From: Daphnia carinata
Taxonomy: Eukaryota
Assembly (NCBI RefSeq): GCF_022539665.2
Contig: NC_081334.1
Location: 372,001-436,000 of the forward strand
Direction: 5' to 3'
DNA length: 64,000 nt
The notes under the pieces are model-generated. The model ran no database searches, had not been told where the DNA came from, and worked only from the letters and a program-made list of their open reading frames with translations. Position numbers and translations under genes: made by a program. Positions 1 through 12,604 of the stretch are shown piece after piece (within the stretch, counting starts at the first letter, position 1; every line of letters begins with the position of its first letter).

Positions 1-329
1 TCACAATTGAACTCGTTTCCAAGAGCACCCATTTATTGTTTATGTATTTTTTTTTTGATGAATATGCTCATGTATAAATGGTTCTGTTTATCTTTTGTCT
101 GTTATCGAGATAATTATTCGTTTTTATTTATTTTTCTTTTTTTCGAATTACGGGATAAGCATGAAGTCAAACGTGTTGTATCGAACTTCAATAAGGTATA
201 TGCTAATAGCGAGTATAGACGGTTAGTAATTGTATAATCTGGCTTAGCTTGGTTAAAATTGGTTAATAGGTTAACGGTTATACAGAGTTCGTCCCCTGAC
301 TGTTTTTTTTTTCTTTGCAGATAAATGTA

Positions 330-1720
330 CTTTTTCTTCCCTTTATGAATTTTAGTTATTTTTAATCGTGATAAACAATCTGCATTTTGATGAATACGCC
401 CCGGCTTATACTTGAATTCATAATTTAATAAAATTGGGATACACGAGAACTGGTGGTGTCACTAAAGAAGTGCGCAATTTCTCAAAAGCGATTAGTTCTT
501 CGGGTCCCCATGTAAAAGGTTTCCAACTAAGATCTGTACTTTATACTCCAAAATTTTTCGTTGATTATTTGTAACTCAATAAGGGCGTTGCTGAATAGGG
601 GCCTCGTCCTTCTGTATCAATTGTTTGTTTTATAAGATTAATTTTCCCTAATTCTGAATCTTTTGATGCTAGCAAGACGTGAAAGTTATTTACTAATTTT
701 GAGAGCGGGGCTTAAAATTCAGAGTCGACTTCTGAAATTAAAACTGGCTCAGCTTCTGCTTTAGGGTTATCTTCCAATTTCACTAGAGAAATTTTTCGAC
801 AACGTTATTAATAATTTCAATTTCGCCTAATGCAGTGTTTCTAGGAATTTTGATTTGATGCAATTAATGATTATCGACCATAATTTTATAAGTTCCATCT
901 CCCGATACATTTCCAATAAATTCTTCAATATAAATGTCTGCTGGCAAATTGTTTGCTGGGGTAAATATAAGTGCTGCACTAGGGGGGACATACGGAAATG
1001 AACCTTTCATCTGCGCTGCAATTACTATCGACGTCTGACGAAATAACGTCGTCTTTTTGACCGTAGCAACTGCCATGTCCGGTACCCTAGAGATGGCTGA
1101 TCCCTGCTCATCCCTTGCTAAATAAATGCTCCTGGCCTCTCCGTCAAGCCGAAAACCGTGCTTCTGGATTGCATCCCATCCAAGGATACAGTCTGCAGAA
1201 ACACCATTTGTAATAATAAACTCCTGTCGTAAAACTGACTCTCCGTATCGTACGGGCGATGTAACTGTTCCCAGCGTGTGTAACTTCTTCTCCCCTACAT
1301 CATACAAATCGAAATCAAGCTGACTGCAGATCACTTGACCTCTCGGGGGTAACTTCTTGAATAATCTCTCATGAATAATTTTAGGCGCGTCTGTATCAAA
1401 TAATGCCTGTAACGGGATCTGAAAAAAATTGTAATGGAATTCTTGGGGTCTATCCATTCGTTATAGGGGTTAATTTTGCGACTTGTCGGGATTTAATGTG
1501 AGGCTGCCTATCAACTGACCCGAAGTTACAATTGATAATTATTGGTTTCCATGACGCTGAAAGGGACCTAGAATATTAGGTCTATGGGAGTTTTTGAACT
1601 CAGTACAAGTATTAGATTTATGTTCGAATTCACGACAAGTATAATAGATTGGAAGCTGATATTGTTCCAAGTTCTGACGCTGAAATTGATGACAATTGGA
1701 CTGACTGTGTCCATGATTTC
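330..1720 (-). mobile_element. Internally deleted Ty3/Gypsy retrotransposon fragment (gag end, aspartic protease, pieces of RT and RNase H)
   Basis: ORF 864-1457 has ALFDT(D)A and CILGWD protease motifs, resembling ORF 15593-16369. The minus strand at about 370-420 reads EFKYKPGRIHQNADCLSRL, the RNase H end motif also seen at about 14230-14290. Confidence 0.8.
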
Positions 1721-1759
1721 TTCAAAAATTGCAAACTACTATAGGCTGATCTGATCTGT

Positions 1760-2162
1760 AATTAACATCGTTAGCTGGTCTGAAGAGAACTGAAGAACTG
1801 AAGAGAACTAACTTTTGGGAACAAAAAGGGCATTCTTTTATACTACCACAAGATTGAGGGAAACATAGCATTTCCGTCAGATGACTCCGGATGCGTAGGA
1901 CATCGCACACGCATTTCGTATTCATGGAAATGCATGGCGCGATGTACTACGCATCTAGCACATCCAATCAGCAATAAGCAGGATGTCAAATGTAATATAA
2001 AAATAGATTTCGACGAAAGGGCATCAACACTTGAATTATGATATTTATAAGACATAGTTTTTCAAAAGAAGGGCAATGGACGTAACATAATTATATTAAT
2101 AAGAACAACAAACAGACAACACTATAATTCAAAGATTGTATTCTTCTCATGGCTTCGTTACA
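1760..2162 (-). repeat. LTR-like repeat, same family as 39369-40054, in opposite orientation
   Basis: The minus strand starts TGTAACGAAG, as does 39369. 1800-1990 is a diverged reverse complement of about 39540-39735 (shared GGAAATGCTATGTTTCCCTC and ATGCCCTTTTGTTCCCAAAAGTTAGTTCTC). Confidence 0.7.
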
Positions 2163-2509
2163 ATTACTTCGACCACAGTTAATTGTGACACAATGTTTTC
2201 ACAAGGCAACGTCTAAGTGATTAGAATTGAGGAGGTAATCTTGTTTTTGGACAAGGGGTAGGCAATGTTTGAAATGCTTTTCCACATCCACAATATTATT
2301 CTTGTTTTTTTCTTAACGCCCATCGTTCCTTATGTCCCGTACGTATATGAATCTAATTATCAATAAACGGCATTAGAACATCCCCTGGAAAATCCATTCT
2401 ATTGATTTGAAATCTGTTTTGAATTGATAATCTGTTAAAAAGAATTAATATCTAAGAAAAGTATTTAAGGCACCAGAAAACTCTGGAAAATTCCGGGAAA
2501 GTGGTGGTG

Positions 2510-3046
2510 TCTATTGCACCGAAATCTTTCGGTGCACTAAGAGGCATTTTGGCTATTGCACCGAAAGATTTCCTTGCACTTAAAAGTTGTTTCTACCCTA
2601 TTATAACTAACTATTAACACCTCTATTACTAAGAACTATACTAAAATTAACTATTTACTTCTTAAAATTATTAAATTTTAATAATAATGTCGTATTCGTA
2701 TTGCTGAGTGTATTGCTATGAAATCTTTCGTTGCAATAACGGCCTTTTCTCCTATTGCAACGAAAGATTTTTTTTGCACTTAAAACTGTTCCACCCTATC
2801 GTAACAATAGATCCCTAGGTATATTTGAGTCTTTAAAACTACTTTTAATTTTGGTTCATAGATGGCGTTCTGTGAGCTTCTCGCTCATGGACCAAAAGCT
2901 CACGCACAAGCTCGCATTTTTTAAAAAGAGCGCGCTCAAGCTCAAAGCTCACCAAATGAGTGAGCGCGCTCAAGCTCAAAGCTCACCAAATGAGTGAGCG
3001 CGCTCACGAAAAGCTCAAGCTCACGCGAAGCTCGTTTCAACTCTGC
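2510..3046. mobile_element. Rearranged partial copy of the composite MITE at 56740-57796, rich in short palindromes
   Basis: About 2841-3045 matches 57626-57796 directly and ends GTTTCAACTCTG. About 2715-2834 is the reverse complement of 57327-57447. Contains palindromes such as TGCACCGAAATCTTTCGGTGCA. Confidence 0.75.
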
Positions 3047-3719
3047 AAGGAGAATGACAATTTTTTGTTTGCAAGCTATTTGATTCGGCTTGATTAATTG
3101 TACACTGATAAAACATAAACGAAAAAGGTATATTCATTATTTAATTTAAGTCTACCTTTTAAGCTTGTCTGGCAGAAGTAATGGGTCATTTAAAGCAACA
3201 TTTCTTCTTCTAACATTTGCTAGCGATCAGCAAAGAAATTGGTAAATTTAGCGTAGAAACCATTAAGAGAAGAAACGAATTTTATGGCGAAATTATGATG
3301 TGCCGAGTGTTAACGAATTACTTGTTCTATCGACGCAAACTGTAGACGAAAATACACTGCCGTCGTCTACAACGCTCTGATAGTTTAGATTTCAAATTTG
3401 TTTACTACTGATATCAGGGGGCCATCGCAATTAATAATATTTTTGTGCATCAAATTAACAATTATAAACATCACAATAAAAAATAGAAGACTGTTATGCA
3501 AAATATTTCGGAAATCTTGTTTAAAAAACATCTAAACATTTTTTTTTTTTCAAATTTCAAAAATAGTAGAAAAATGATTGGTTTTCTGCGCTCCCTTGTG
3601 CAATTGTTGCTTAACTTAGTGGTGTCACCAATCCAATAAGGAAATCAGTGAACGCAGCATTCATGTTTAGTCAAACGCACCAAAAGATAGCCATAATGAT
3701 CTGCAACGGTACGCTCAGC

Positions 3720-5070
3720 GTGCCAAGTGCTTACAGAGTGTTCTTCTTCTAACATGAAACCATTAAAGTGCAGGAAATTTTTGATGTACCCCACAGATAT
3801 CCGTTGGTTGGCAAGGTATAGGCTTGTATCCAGATTTGGTCACCTTTGGCCAATCGCAGCTTCGATTGCATCGGAAAGGTTTCGAATTGTTCGCTAGGAG
3901 CAATCTCGTCGGCGAACGCAGATGCGATGGGTAAACCATTCATGTACATGAAAAGGCCGCAAATGAGTCTGGATGGAGATCCACCCGGAAAATAGGCCAT
4001 TCCACAGAAAGAGAAAAAATATTTGCCTGCATTTGGAGCCGTGTACTTGCCACTTGTCTTATCACAGCCTCCTCCCACGTTCAGTCTCTCGATTTGGAAT
4101 GTGATAGGAACCTTTGTTTGGTTAGAATGACTGTTTCGTTGGACGTATAAATAACTTGGCGATGACTTGACATCTGTATATCCGATCCATTTTTTAATAC
4201 CTGTCATGTTTAATTGCTTCAATTCTGTTTCCGTTAGTGTGTTCGCGATTCTTAGCCGTTCAGGGGTCTTAGCTTCTATTATTTGTCTACAACAAACTGA
4301 TTGTAAGTCTTACCTGCATCTGTCATTGGCAGGCAGAAATTGCAGTGAACCATTTCGGCCGATTTTGCCCCGATGATGGAATAGACTCCGCTTAGGGTGT
4401 GACCTCTGTCCTTCAGATCCGCACAAGATCATGGCATTCTGATTGGCACCTGTCTCAGTGTGGTACCGGTAGATTCTAGAATTGGTTTTGCAGCGCTTTC
4501 GCTACCTCTCTACAGCGCAGTAACTTGAGCTTCAACTTGATTTAAATGAGCTTGCAAAGCTTCCTGTATATATTTTTAGCGAGCCATGATTCAAACTAGG
4601 ACTTGTTATGCAGACTATGTTCTGGAATCAAACTGGAAGTTGCGGACACGGCCGTTGTCGTTTTATAGTGCTCCAACTCGTTCAATTCATCGATTCTAGT
4701 TCGTTGTCCATGTTTTTAATGCCTGTCGACTTTCCGCGGCGTGATTCTTGTCGTAACTGTGGCGTACCTGTAGAAAGCTTTTTTTTAATCCGCTGTCATC
4801 GCTTTCCGATCTTTCCGTAAATCAACAGGGAGTTCGAGACCACTGTTTCAATAATCCGGGTTGTGGGTTTGTGTTTGTGCAGTTTTTGTCAATATTAAAA
4901 GAACTTATCATGAAACTGTCGAGTAAGCTTCCGTCACTAACGCTAGTACGGAGTTCAGAAAATATCATCAACTGATGGCCCTAATGGCAAAGATGATGTT
5001 CACTATTGCGAGAGCCGATATGCATAGGAAAACAAAAATAGCGAAGTTTAACGGTATATTCAATAATGAC
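3720..5070 (-). pseudogene. C1q-domain protein gene, disrupted
   Basis: ORF 3749-4222 has gC1q motifs (ITF, GKYTAPNAGKYFFSF, LAKGDQIWI). The terminal HFNGFMLEEE lies in another frame at about 3740-3772. The upstream exon RMP*SCADLKDRGHTLSGVYSI has an in-frame TGA at 4429-4431. A GTAAG donor lies at about 4313. Confidence 0.8.
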
Positions 5071-5733
5071 GACACATAAATAAATTAATATTGATTAAGC
5101 CGATGTAAGGAAGGAAGGAAATGTAGATTGCAGGCAAATTTGGTTAAATTTTGCTATCTCTGGATTCATTAAAAGTTTTGAAGCAACCTTTTTTTTCCAC
5201 TTCATGTGTACTATTATAGTTCCAAATAGTCATTCCATTCGTTCGGGACAGTCACATTGTAGCCATCAGCTGTTAACGAACAGGGAAGTTGCAACATAAA
5301 TTAAATTAACGCGATCCACAACTTTTTAAAGCTCTTTTATTGTTGACTGAAGGTTTGCATTTCTTTTGGTACAATTACGTAACAATGATTGTCATCTATT
5401 CGTCTGGTGTTCACAAGGCGATACTTTGAACTGTGCGAGGCAAATGACGTTGCTGTTGTGCGCATGTGTACAGCGCACATACAAAACCCATTCAAGTGCG
5501 TGTGTGTTCAGTAAGCGGTTTGCATGACATTGGTCGACTGGCCGATATCTTCTTCAAATAAATCAAACCAATAAACTGAAATTGGAGATTGTCTTATCTG
5601 GCAATATACGGTAACATGCTTTTTGGCATAATTATTATAACGATGTCATCACCGACGTTGATTTCAAACGCTGCTTGACAATGTTTTGCGAAGTAATCAT
5701 ACAGGAAGCAGGAAAAGTTGAATCTTTGCTTGA

Positions 5734-7527
5734 TTAGCTCTGGACAAGAGCTGTTTGGTCAAGGAGTTTTAGGATTTCGTCCTTGTCGTGTATTCTATTA
5801 TTTTTGCGTAACAAAAGTAGTGCATCGTTGCCCTGCGATATGATACGAATTCCATGGTGAATTAAGAGTTGGACGGTGTCTTGTAAATTAGAGCTTGAAC
5901 TGTTTCGACATAAATAATGGAGTGCATTCCGTTCCTTGTTGTCTTTTGCGTTCACGTCAATTCCTAGGTGGATTAGCAGTTTAATTGCGTCGATTAAACT
6001 TGACCTTGAATTGTTAGAGCACAAGTGAAGAAGCGCATTCCGTCCAGCTTTGTCCCTTGCGTTCACGTCGACTCCCAATTGGATTAAAAGTTGAATTGCG
6101 TCTAAGAAATTTGTATTTGAATTATTCCAACACAAATGGTGGAGCACGTTCCATCCAAATTTGTTCTTTGCGTTCAGGTCAATGCTCTGTTGGATTAAGA
6201 GTTTAATTGTGTCGAGAAATTGTGAGCTTGAGTTATATCGACACAAATAATGAAGAGCATTCCATCCATCTGTGTCTTTTGAGTTCACGTCAATTTTCAA
6301 TAGGATTAAAATTTCAACAGCGTCCTTTAAATTTGAGCTTGAATGAGAACGACATAAACAATGAAGCGCTCTCCATCCATCGTCGTGGTTCACGTTGATT
6401 CCAAACACAGTAAAATCTTTAATTTTTAAGATATGAGCGTCCGAAAAGTCACGAGCGCGTAAAAGTTGTCGCAATTCTTCTTCCTTGGCATCGAGCTAAT
6501 TTAACGATTTGATTATTGTTTTAGCGATGCTCGATTTACAAAGAAAAGCACTGTACCTTTACTTTGATGAAACTAAGCTGCTTGACGACTTCTTTTGATG
6601 TAATCCTTTTGTTAGGGTCGTCCTCCAACATTTTTAAAAGTACATAAGCCTCATAAAGTTTTCGTAGTCCATCATTAATTTCTACAATAGAACTCTTCTG
6701 CAATAAATTTATATTTATATATTATGGTAGTAAAGTGGGAATTACTCTGCATGTTTATCGGATTTCCGTTTCTTATGTTTTTGCCAACATTATGTTCACT
6801 AGAACCGTAGAGATGGTCTCCATTCAGAAGAATATAACAGAAGACAAGGCATAGGACAAACACGTCGCTCTGAACGGTACCTCGAAGCTCACCTGCACTT
6901 TGTTTGTTTTTGAGCCATTTCAGGGTCTCGGGAGCGAGCCAATTTTTTGTTCCTTTGATTTCGCTCAGCGTGCACGTCCCTCGTTTATTTACTGTTTTAG
7001 ACAACCCAAAATCAGCCCATTTGATTGTTACCTCATGGTCTCGGCCAGTTGAACGAACGGAAATGAGAACATTCTCTGGTTTAATATCTCGATGAATTAA
7101 TTCCTTCAAATGGATGTATTCAAGACCTGAAGCTAATTGACGAAACACTTCGATATGACATGGCATTGGTCCATTGTACTTTTTGGGATCATCCGACTTC
7201 AGAAAAAGTTGTTCCAACGAGGCATCACACAATTCTAATGCAATGGTTCTGCTCGCATAAAAAAGGGCATTTAGCGATATCGTTTTTTGCGCTAAACTGC
7301 ATAAAATAATCTTACCTGAAGTCGTTGTCACTTTCACTATGAAAAAGTTTGATAATGTTTGGGTGATCTAGTTTTCGCAGAGATTCTTCTTCGTTTTCAT
7401 TGAATTTGTTTAGGAGAATTCTTTTTACTGCGACTTGACGGCCTTCAAACTCCCCCCTAAACACGGAGCCGTAAGCGCCTTCTCCCAATGGAGCATTACG
7501 TTCGAAAGTAATTTTCTTTTCCTCCAT
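5734..7527 (-). CDS. IRE1-like Ser/Thr kinase with C-terminal ankyrin repeats, 4 exons (7527-7316, 7248-6746, 6681-6557, 6495-5734), 533 aa
   Basis: GT-AG introns splice into one open frame of 1602 nt. Kinase motifs present: GEGAYG, VAVK, IALELC, HRDIKPEN, DFG, GTKNWLAPE, DVF and MLEDDPNKRI. About five ankyrin repeats follow (GWNALHYLCR...IKLLI..GIDVNAKD). Confidence 0.9.
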
Positions 7528-8812
7528 ATTTTTGAAACACAAGAAAAGAAAATTGTGAATGTTGAAGTTTCCTATAGTACTGGTGCGATTTCCTTCTTTC
7601 AGCCTAAGTTATGAAAGGGCCAACGCGTTTATTAGTTGATATCGCATAATCTTGAACGACCAGAGATACCACTATCATTTGTAAATCTACTTGCTACGTT
7701 TATCAGTAAGGTTTATTTAAGTGACCAACACATTGAAATACTACTGTTCTTAAAAGTTAATTCTTCAGTTTTTCGACAGTGGCAATAAATGATTCAGCTG
7801 CTGACATTTATAAATCAAATAAACAAGAGATGATGTTTAAAAATTTTAAATAATTATTTTAATTGATGATGTTCATCAGCACTTTCGTGAAACATTTTTA
7901 CGTTAGCTCGTATAAATGGACAGGTGTGAATTTGTCTTATGCCAGGGTGGTAGGAAAAAATATGAAATATAGGATGTACGTATAAACTAAGGAAAAATCA
8001 AAAACATAATTTGACGTAGGCTACCAAACAACGCTACCAAATTTCCCAATGGTTCGGATGCCACCCCTTCCTCCAATTCTTCGCTAAATCATTTCGTTCA
8101 AATTTATCAAAACTACTGTAAGTAAAATTTTTTTCACTTAGTTCAACCTTTGACCTCTAGATTTCGCTCAAAAATAATCGAAATCGAACAAATTTGATCG
8201 CCGAACAAATTTGATCGCCGATCAAATCATTTTGAAAAGATCGAATCGCCGATCGAGATCAATTCGTGATGATCGGATCGGCGATCAAGATCAACGAATC
8301 AGTCCAACGGCAAGACTGGGCAAGGTAAAGATATAGATTTCGCTGCCGTCGCTAGAATAGTCTGGAGACGCATGGCCGCTCTGGAACACTCTGTTCCGCA
8401 ATCGTGAGGACGAATGGAACGAAGACTAAAATTCATGCCAAAACAATCAGTTGTCATCAAACTCAGAAAGCTATTTGAAGAAAGATGCAAACACCATAGC
8501 CCACTGTTGGACAGAAAATGTATTTTATGACCACACAGGGATAAAAGAGGGTGTAATATTTTAAGAGCAATACAATTAACAATAACCCTATTGTTTGTTT
8601 GGTTTATTTGTTTTGTTTGTTTTTTTTTTTCGTTTTTTTTAATTGACAGAAATGTATAATTCAATTCGCGTCTGATTTGTGTGGATGGGTATCGGTATAA
8701 GTAAATTAAATTTTTCTTTTTTATTTCGTTTGCAAGAAGCTTATAGAAGGTCTACAAAAGAGTCGAGGGCAGAAGAGAAGGACTGAGGGCAAGTAGACAC
8801 GACTGTGATAAA

Positions 8813-11800
8813 TTAAAACGTGTTAGAAGCTTCTATAGGTCTTGATAGGTCGTCAACATCGCCGCTGCGCGTGAAATATCTCCGGCCACTGAGCACGTCG
8901 AATTCGGGCGTGCTGCTCAGGGACTCCTTGAGCCGGCCGACTAAACGATCAGAACCATTGAGACTTTCTTCATCCTCTTTGCATTCTTCGATGTCGGCCA
9001 GCGGTTGAACCCGGCTGGGAATCGGTTGGAAAATTCCCTGAGCCGCGTCTTCGGCTTCTTCGAACTTCATTTCCATCCAACGTTTCTGCTTCTCCAAATC
9101 TTCAATGACGTCCTCAACTTCAACTGCGTCTTCTGGTTCATCTTCTGCCCTTTCAAAAGACATTTCATAGTTGTATCCGGCCATAGTTGGTGGATCGAAG
9201 GCTGGGCACGGACCGGAGTTGTTGTTTGCGATCGATTGTCTTGCTGCAGGAAAACAGTTTCAAACATGGCCGAGGCCAAAATGGCTTCGGCCATACGCTC
9301 GGCTCGCTCATCCAATGGACTCTCGTCCGGTCTCGGTCGGTGGTGGTCGTTCAAAACGCTGGCAACTTGCGCCGCGACCTCTCCGGTATTGTATACATGG
9401 CGGAGGTAATTCACTGCTGGGTGAGCCTCTTCGGAAGCGTCTCCGAATCCATGTAGTTCCGTTCTTACGATTTCTTTCTCATTCGGGAAGAGACATCGTG
9501 GCACTTCCACCGCATTCAGCTGCTGGAGAGTTGAAAACCAATTCTCCCACCATACTCTATTTTCGCCATCAACTGGATCAGACCACCGAAGGCCCTGTAC
9601 GCCCAACTCTCGGAGCTTGATCTTCGCCTTGACGATCATGGGTGCAGCCATTCCCTGCGGGTCGAAGATGCTGGCAACCTTACTCGCGATTCCTACGCGA
9701 GTATAAGCGACATCTTCTAAATTACTCACTCTGAAGGTGAGAAATTTCTTCCCGGGCCTTCCAATATATTCCCAGGACCTTCTCCGTTTCTCCACCATCC
9801 AGGAATAATTCTGTGCTGTCGGTAGAAACACTCTGAAGGGACATAGCCTCCAGAAACTCTATAGAGTTCGAAAGCCATCCTTGGAGGTGCATATCTCCTT
9901 CAGAGAGGGCTCGCTGAACTCCTCTGGCCTCTTGCACGCCCTGTGCCACTGTAGTCGCTGAGCTCAAGTAGTCGTCGACATACATCTTCGTTTCCACCGC
10001 TTCTATAACCTTTGGGTCGGTGGCAAAGTCGGCGGCTGCCCTGCGAGTCAGACTTATGGCAATAAAGGGGGAGCAAGTGGCTCCAAAGGGTAAACGTTTA
10101 AATTCACATACTCGCGTGACGTGTTCCCCTTTTCGGCGCCATAGGAACCGGAAGAAACGGCAGTCTTCTTCTTTTAGCCGTATCCGGCTAAACATCGCAC
10201 CGATATCAGAGGCCCAGGCTATTTCTCCTTCTCTGAATTTTATGATGACGGCCGGAAGGGGTGCTTGCAGTGCCGGCCCGCTGATTATGCTATCTTTTAA
10301 GCTCCTTCCCTTGAATTGGGCAGCTGCATCGAACACTACCCTCGTCTTCTTCCCTTTTTGAACTCCGTGGTGCGTTAAGTAGTACTCCGGCCCGTTTGTG
10401 GTATCCGTAAGCATCACGGCGTATCCTTCCGAGAAATTCTTCTCCATAGCAGCGCGGTAACTTGCCCCGAACGTTGAGTCGCCGCGGAATCGCCGTAGTA
10501 GACTCTCCAATCTGCTCTCCGCCAGGATCCGATTGTTCGGCAACGATGGCTCCCCCGTCTTCCAGGTGATTGGAGCCTCGTATCCGACCTCCAGCTTCCG
10601 TTCGCCAGACTCGAGAATCTGTATGGCTTGTCTATCAGTTTTGGATAGACCAGGGCTCCTATATTCTATCCCAAAACCTTCCGTGTCACAGAACCTCTTG
10701 AATTGCTGAGCCAGGAGATCGCCGTCGTCGTTTGTGGCGAAGATAGTGTGGGTCCTTACGGCGTTCGTTGGAGAAGGATCTCCTATAGCACCGCGTACGA
10801 TCCACCCAATTCTCGTCCAGCTTGCCGTAGGTTCATAATCCCGGCCTATGCGTGATTCCAGGGCCGTTGTCAAGTGCACCACGTCGCTACCCAGCAAAAT
10901 GTCGACTCGTCCACCGCTCGTTGTTATTGGTAGATCTGCTAGATGTTTCAATCTTGTCTTCAATAGATGTCTATGTAGATGTCCCAATCTACTGTAGGAA
11001 CTGGACTAGCGACAGTCGGCATCGTCGAGCCGACTAAAGTTATTATCTCTCCGGTGGGAAGCTTCATTCGCAGTTGTACTCGTTGAGAAGCGTAATTGTT
11101 TTTAACCGCTGCAGCTCCATCTGCGGAAAGGGTCTGGGAGACTCCACTCAGTCGAAGTCTCCGTACAAACGCGTCACGCGGTCGCTACCTTCGTCCACAA
11201 ACACGTTTGCCTTGACTGTATGCCCGTCGGCATCGAAAACATCCAGACGAAGCATCGCCACTGTGGTCTTCTCTTTCTTGGAGTTCACCTGTGCAGCTGC
11301 CGGACGCACATTCTTGGTATCTGGCTCCGTTTCGTCGTGGAGAAGAAAGTGATGCCAATGTTTGCATCCCGGAAAAGAACATGGCTTCTTGAGTTTGCAT
11401 TCGCGTGATGAGTGGCTCGGACGAAAGCAAATAAAGCATAATCGTCGGCGGATGCAGAAGAATAACCTTTCTTTTGTAGCCGTTTCGTTAAAGATTGGAC
11501 ACGCCTCTAACCGATGCGATCCTTCGCATTGGAAACAAAAAGTTTTGCCATTGCCGGATTTACCACTGAATCCACTTGCGCTTCCTTTCCGCTACATCTT
11601 GATGTTGGTAGAATGCGACCGGGCGGAATACTTGTTAGGTGGCTTGATGTTTGGGACAGACAACTGTTCCGCTGCGAGACTATGGGCATTCTGATAAGCC
11701 GCGGCCCGCTTGTATAACCACCTCCCGAAAGTCAGGAGATTCATTTTCTCCAATCCGGTTCCACGTTCCTCATTCCACGCGAGCCGGTCAGGTAGTTGAA

Positions 11801-12540
11801 GCTTGAGGCAAATCTGGTCAATAATATCTGTGGTAGCCGTCTCGCCGATTCTATTCAAATCAAAAAGGTAAGTCCGCGTTTTTTCAGCAAAACGCCGGAA
11901 GGAGTTCGGGTCCTGTTTGCCCATCTCCAATTTATCCAGAGCCTGAACGAGCGCTGTTCTCATTACGTCTCGTCGACCGTACGTCTCCTTTAAACGAGTA
12001 AGTGCCTCAACGTAGAGACTTTCCCCAACTCCAAGACCATGCACTATATCTGCACATTCTCCACGCAGACGTCGTTTAAGGATCGCCAACTTCTCTGCCG
12101 CAGCTCTCGTTGTGTCGTGGACTAGCGCTCGGAAAAGGTCGATCCAGGTGAACCATTCCAGCGCTTGTCCATGGAAATCTTCAAGCTCCGCCTTTATCGT
12201 AGATCCAGGCCCATGGTTGGACCACTGTGGAGGCTGCAATCGGCCCTCTCGGTAGAGGTCGATCCATGCATCGGGAGCCAAATCATCCATGAACTCGTCG
12301 TGCCGCCGTACTTGCTGTGATTAGCACCATTCTTGGACATCGTTCTCCTTTCGATCCTCGATTTTGCGTTCTAGGTCCCTTTCTTCTTCCACGAGCGTTA
12401 GCTTTTGTAAGGCCTGTTCTGCCTCCGCTCACTCTCTCGAAGTAGAGCCTCTGGACGAGTTGGTTGGCCTCTGCTCGTCGACTGTGGCCGCCAACGCCTT
12501 CTTTGCCTTCGTGACGAAGGCGGTTGGCGGCCATTCGATT
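8813..12540 (-). mobile_element. BEL/Pao LTR retrotransposon, frameshifted and lacking integrase
   Basis: ORF 11592-12290 resembles BEL gag (DUF1759 type). Cys/His knuckles lie at about 11400-11560 and a protease-like VDEGSD at about 11180-11200. ORF 9722-10987 carries RT motifs RVVFDAA, LPFGATCSPF and YVDD. The Pao RNase H motif ELHGFGDAS in ORF 9067-9831 runs into unrelated sequence. No LTRs were recognised. Confidence 0.9.
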
Positions 12541-12604
12541 GTCGGAAGGTTGGTTTTAGTATTGGTTTATTGATTTGTTTTGTTTTAAGGGTAAATGTTT
12601 TTAT

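Noticed and set aside
8185..8300. GATCG-rich repeats with a 17-bp tandem duplication
   Set aside because: Probably a MITE subterminal remnant; no termini could be defined.
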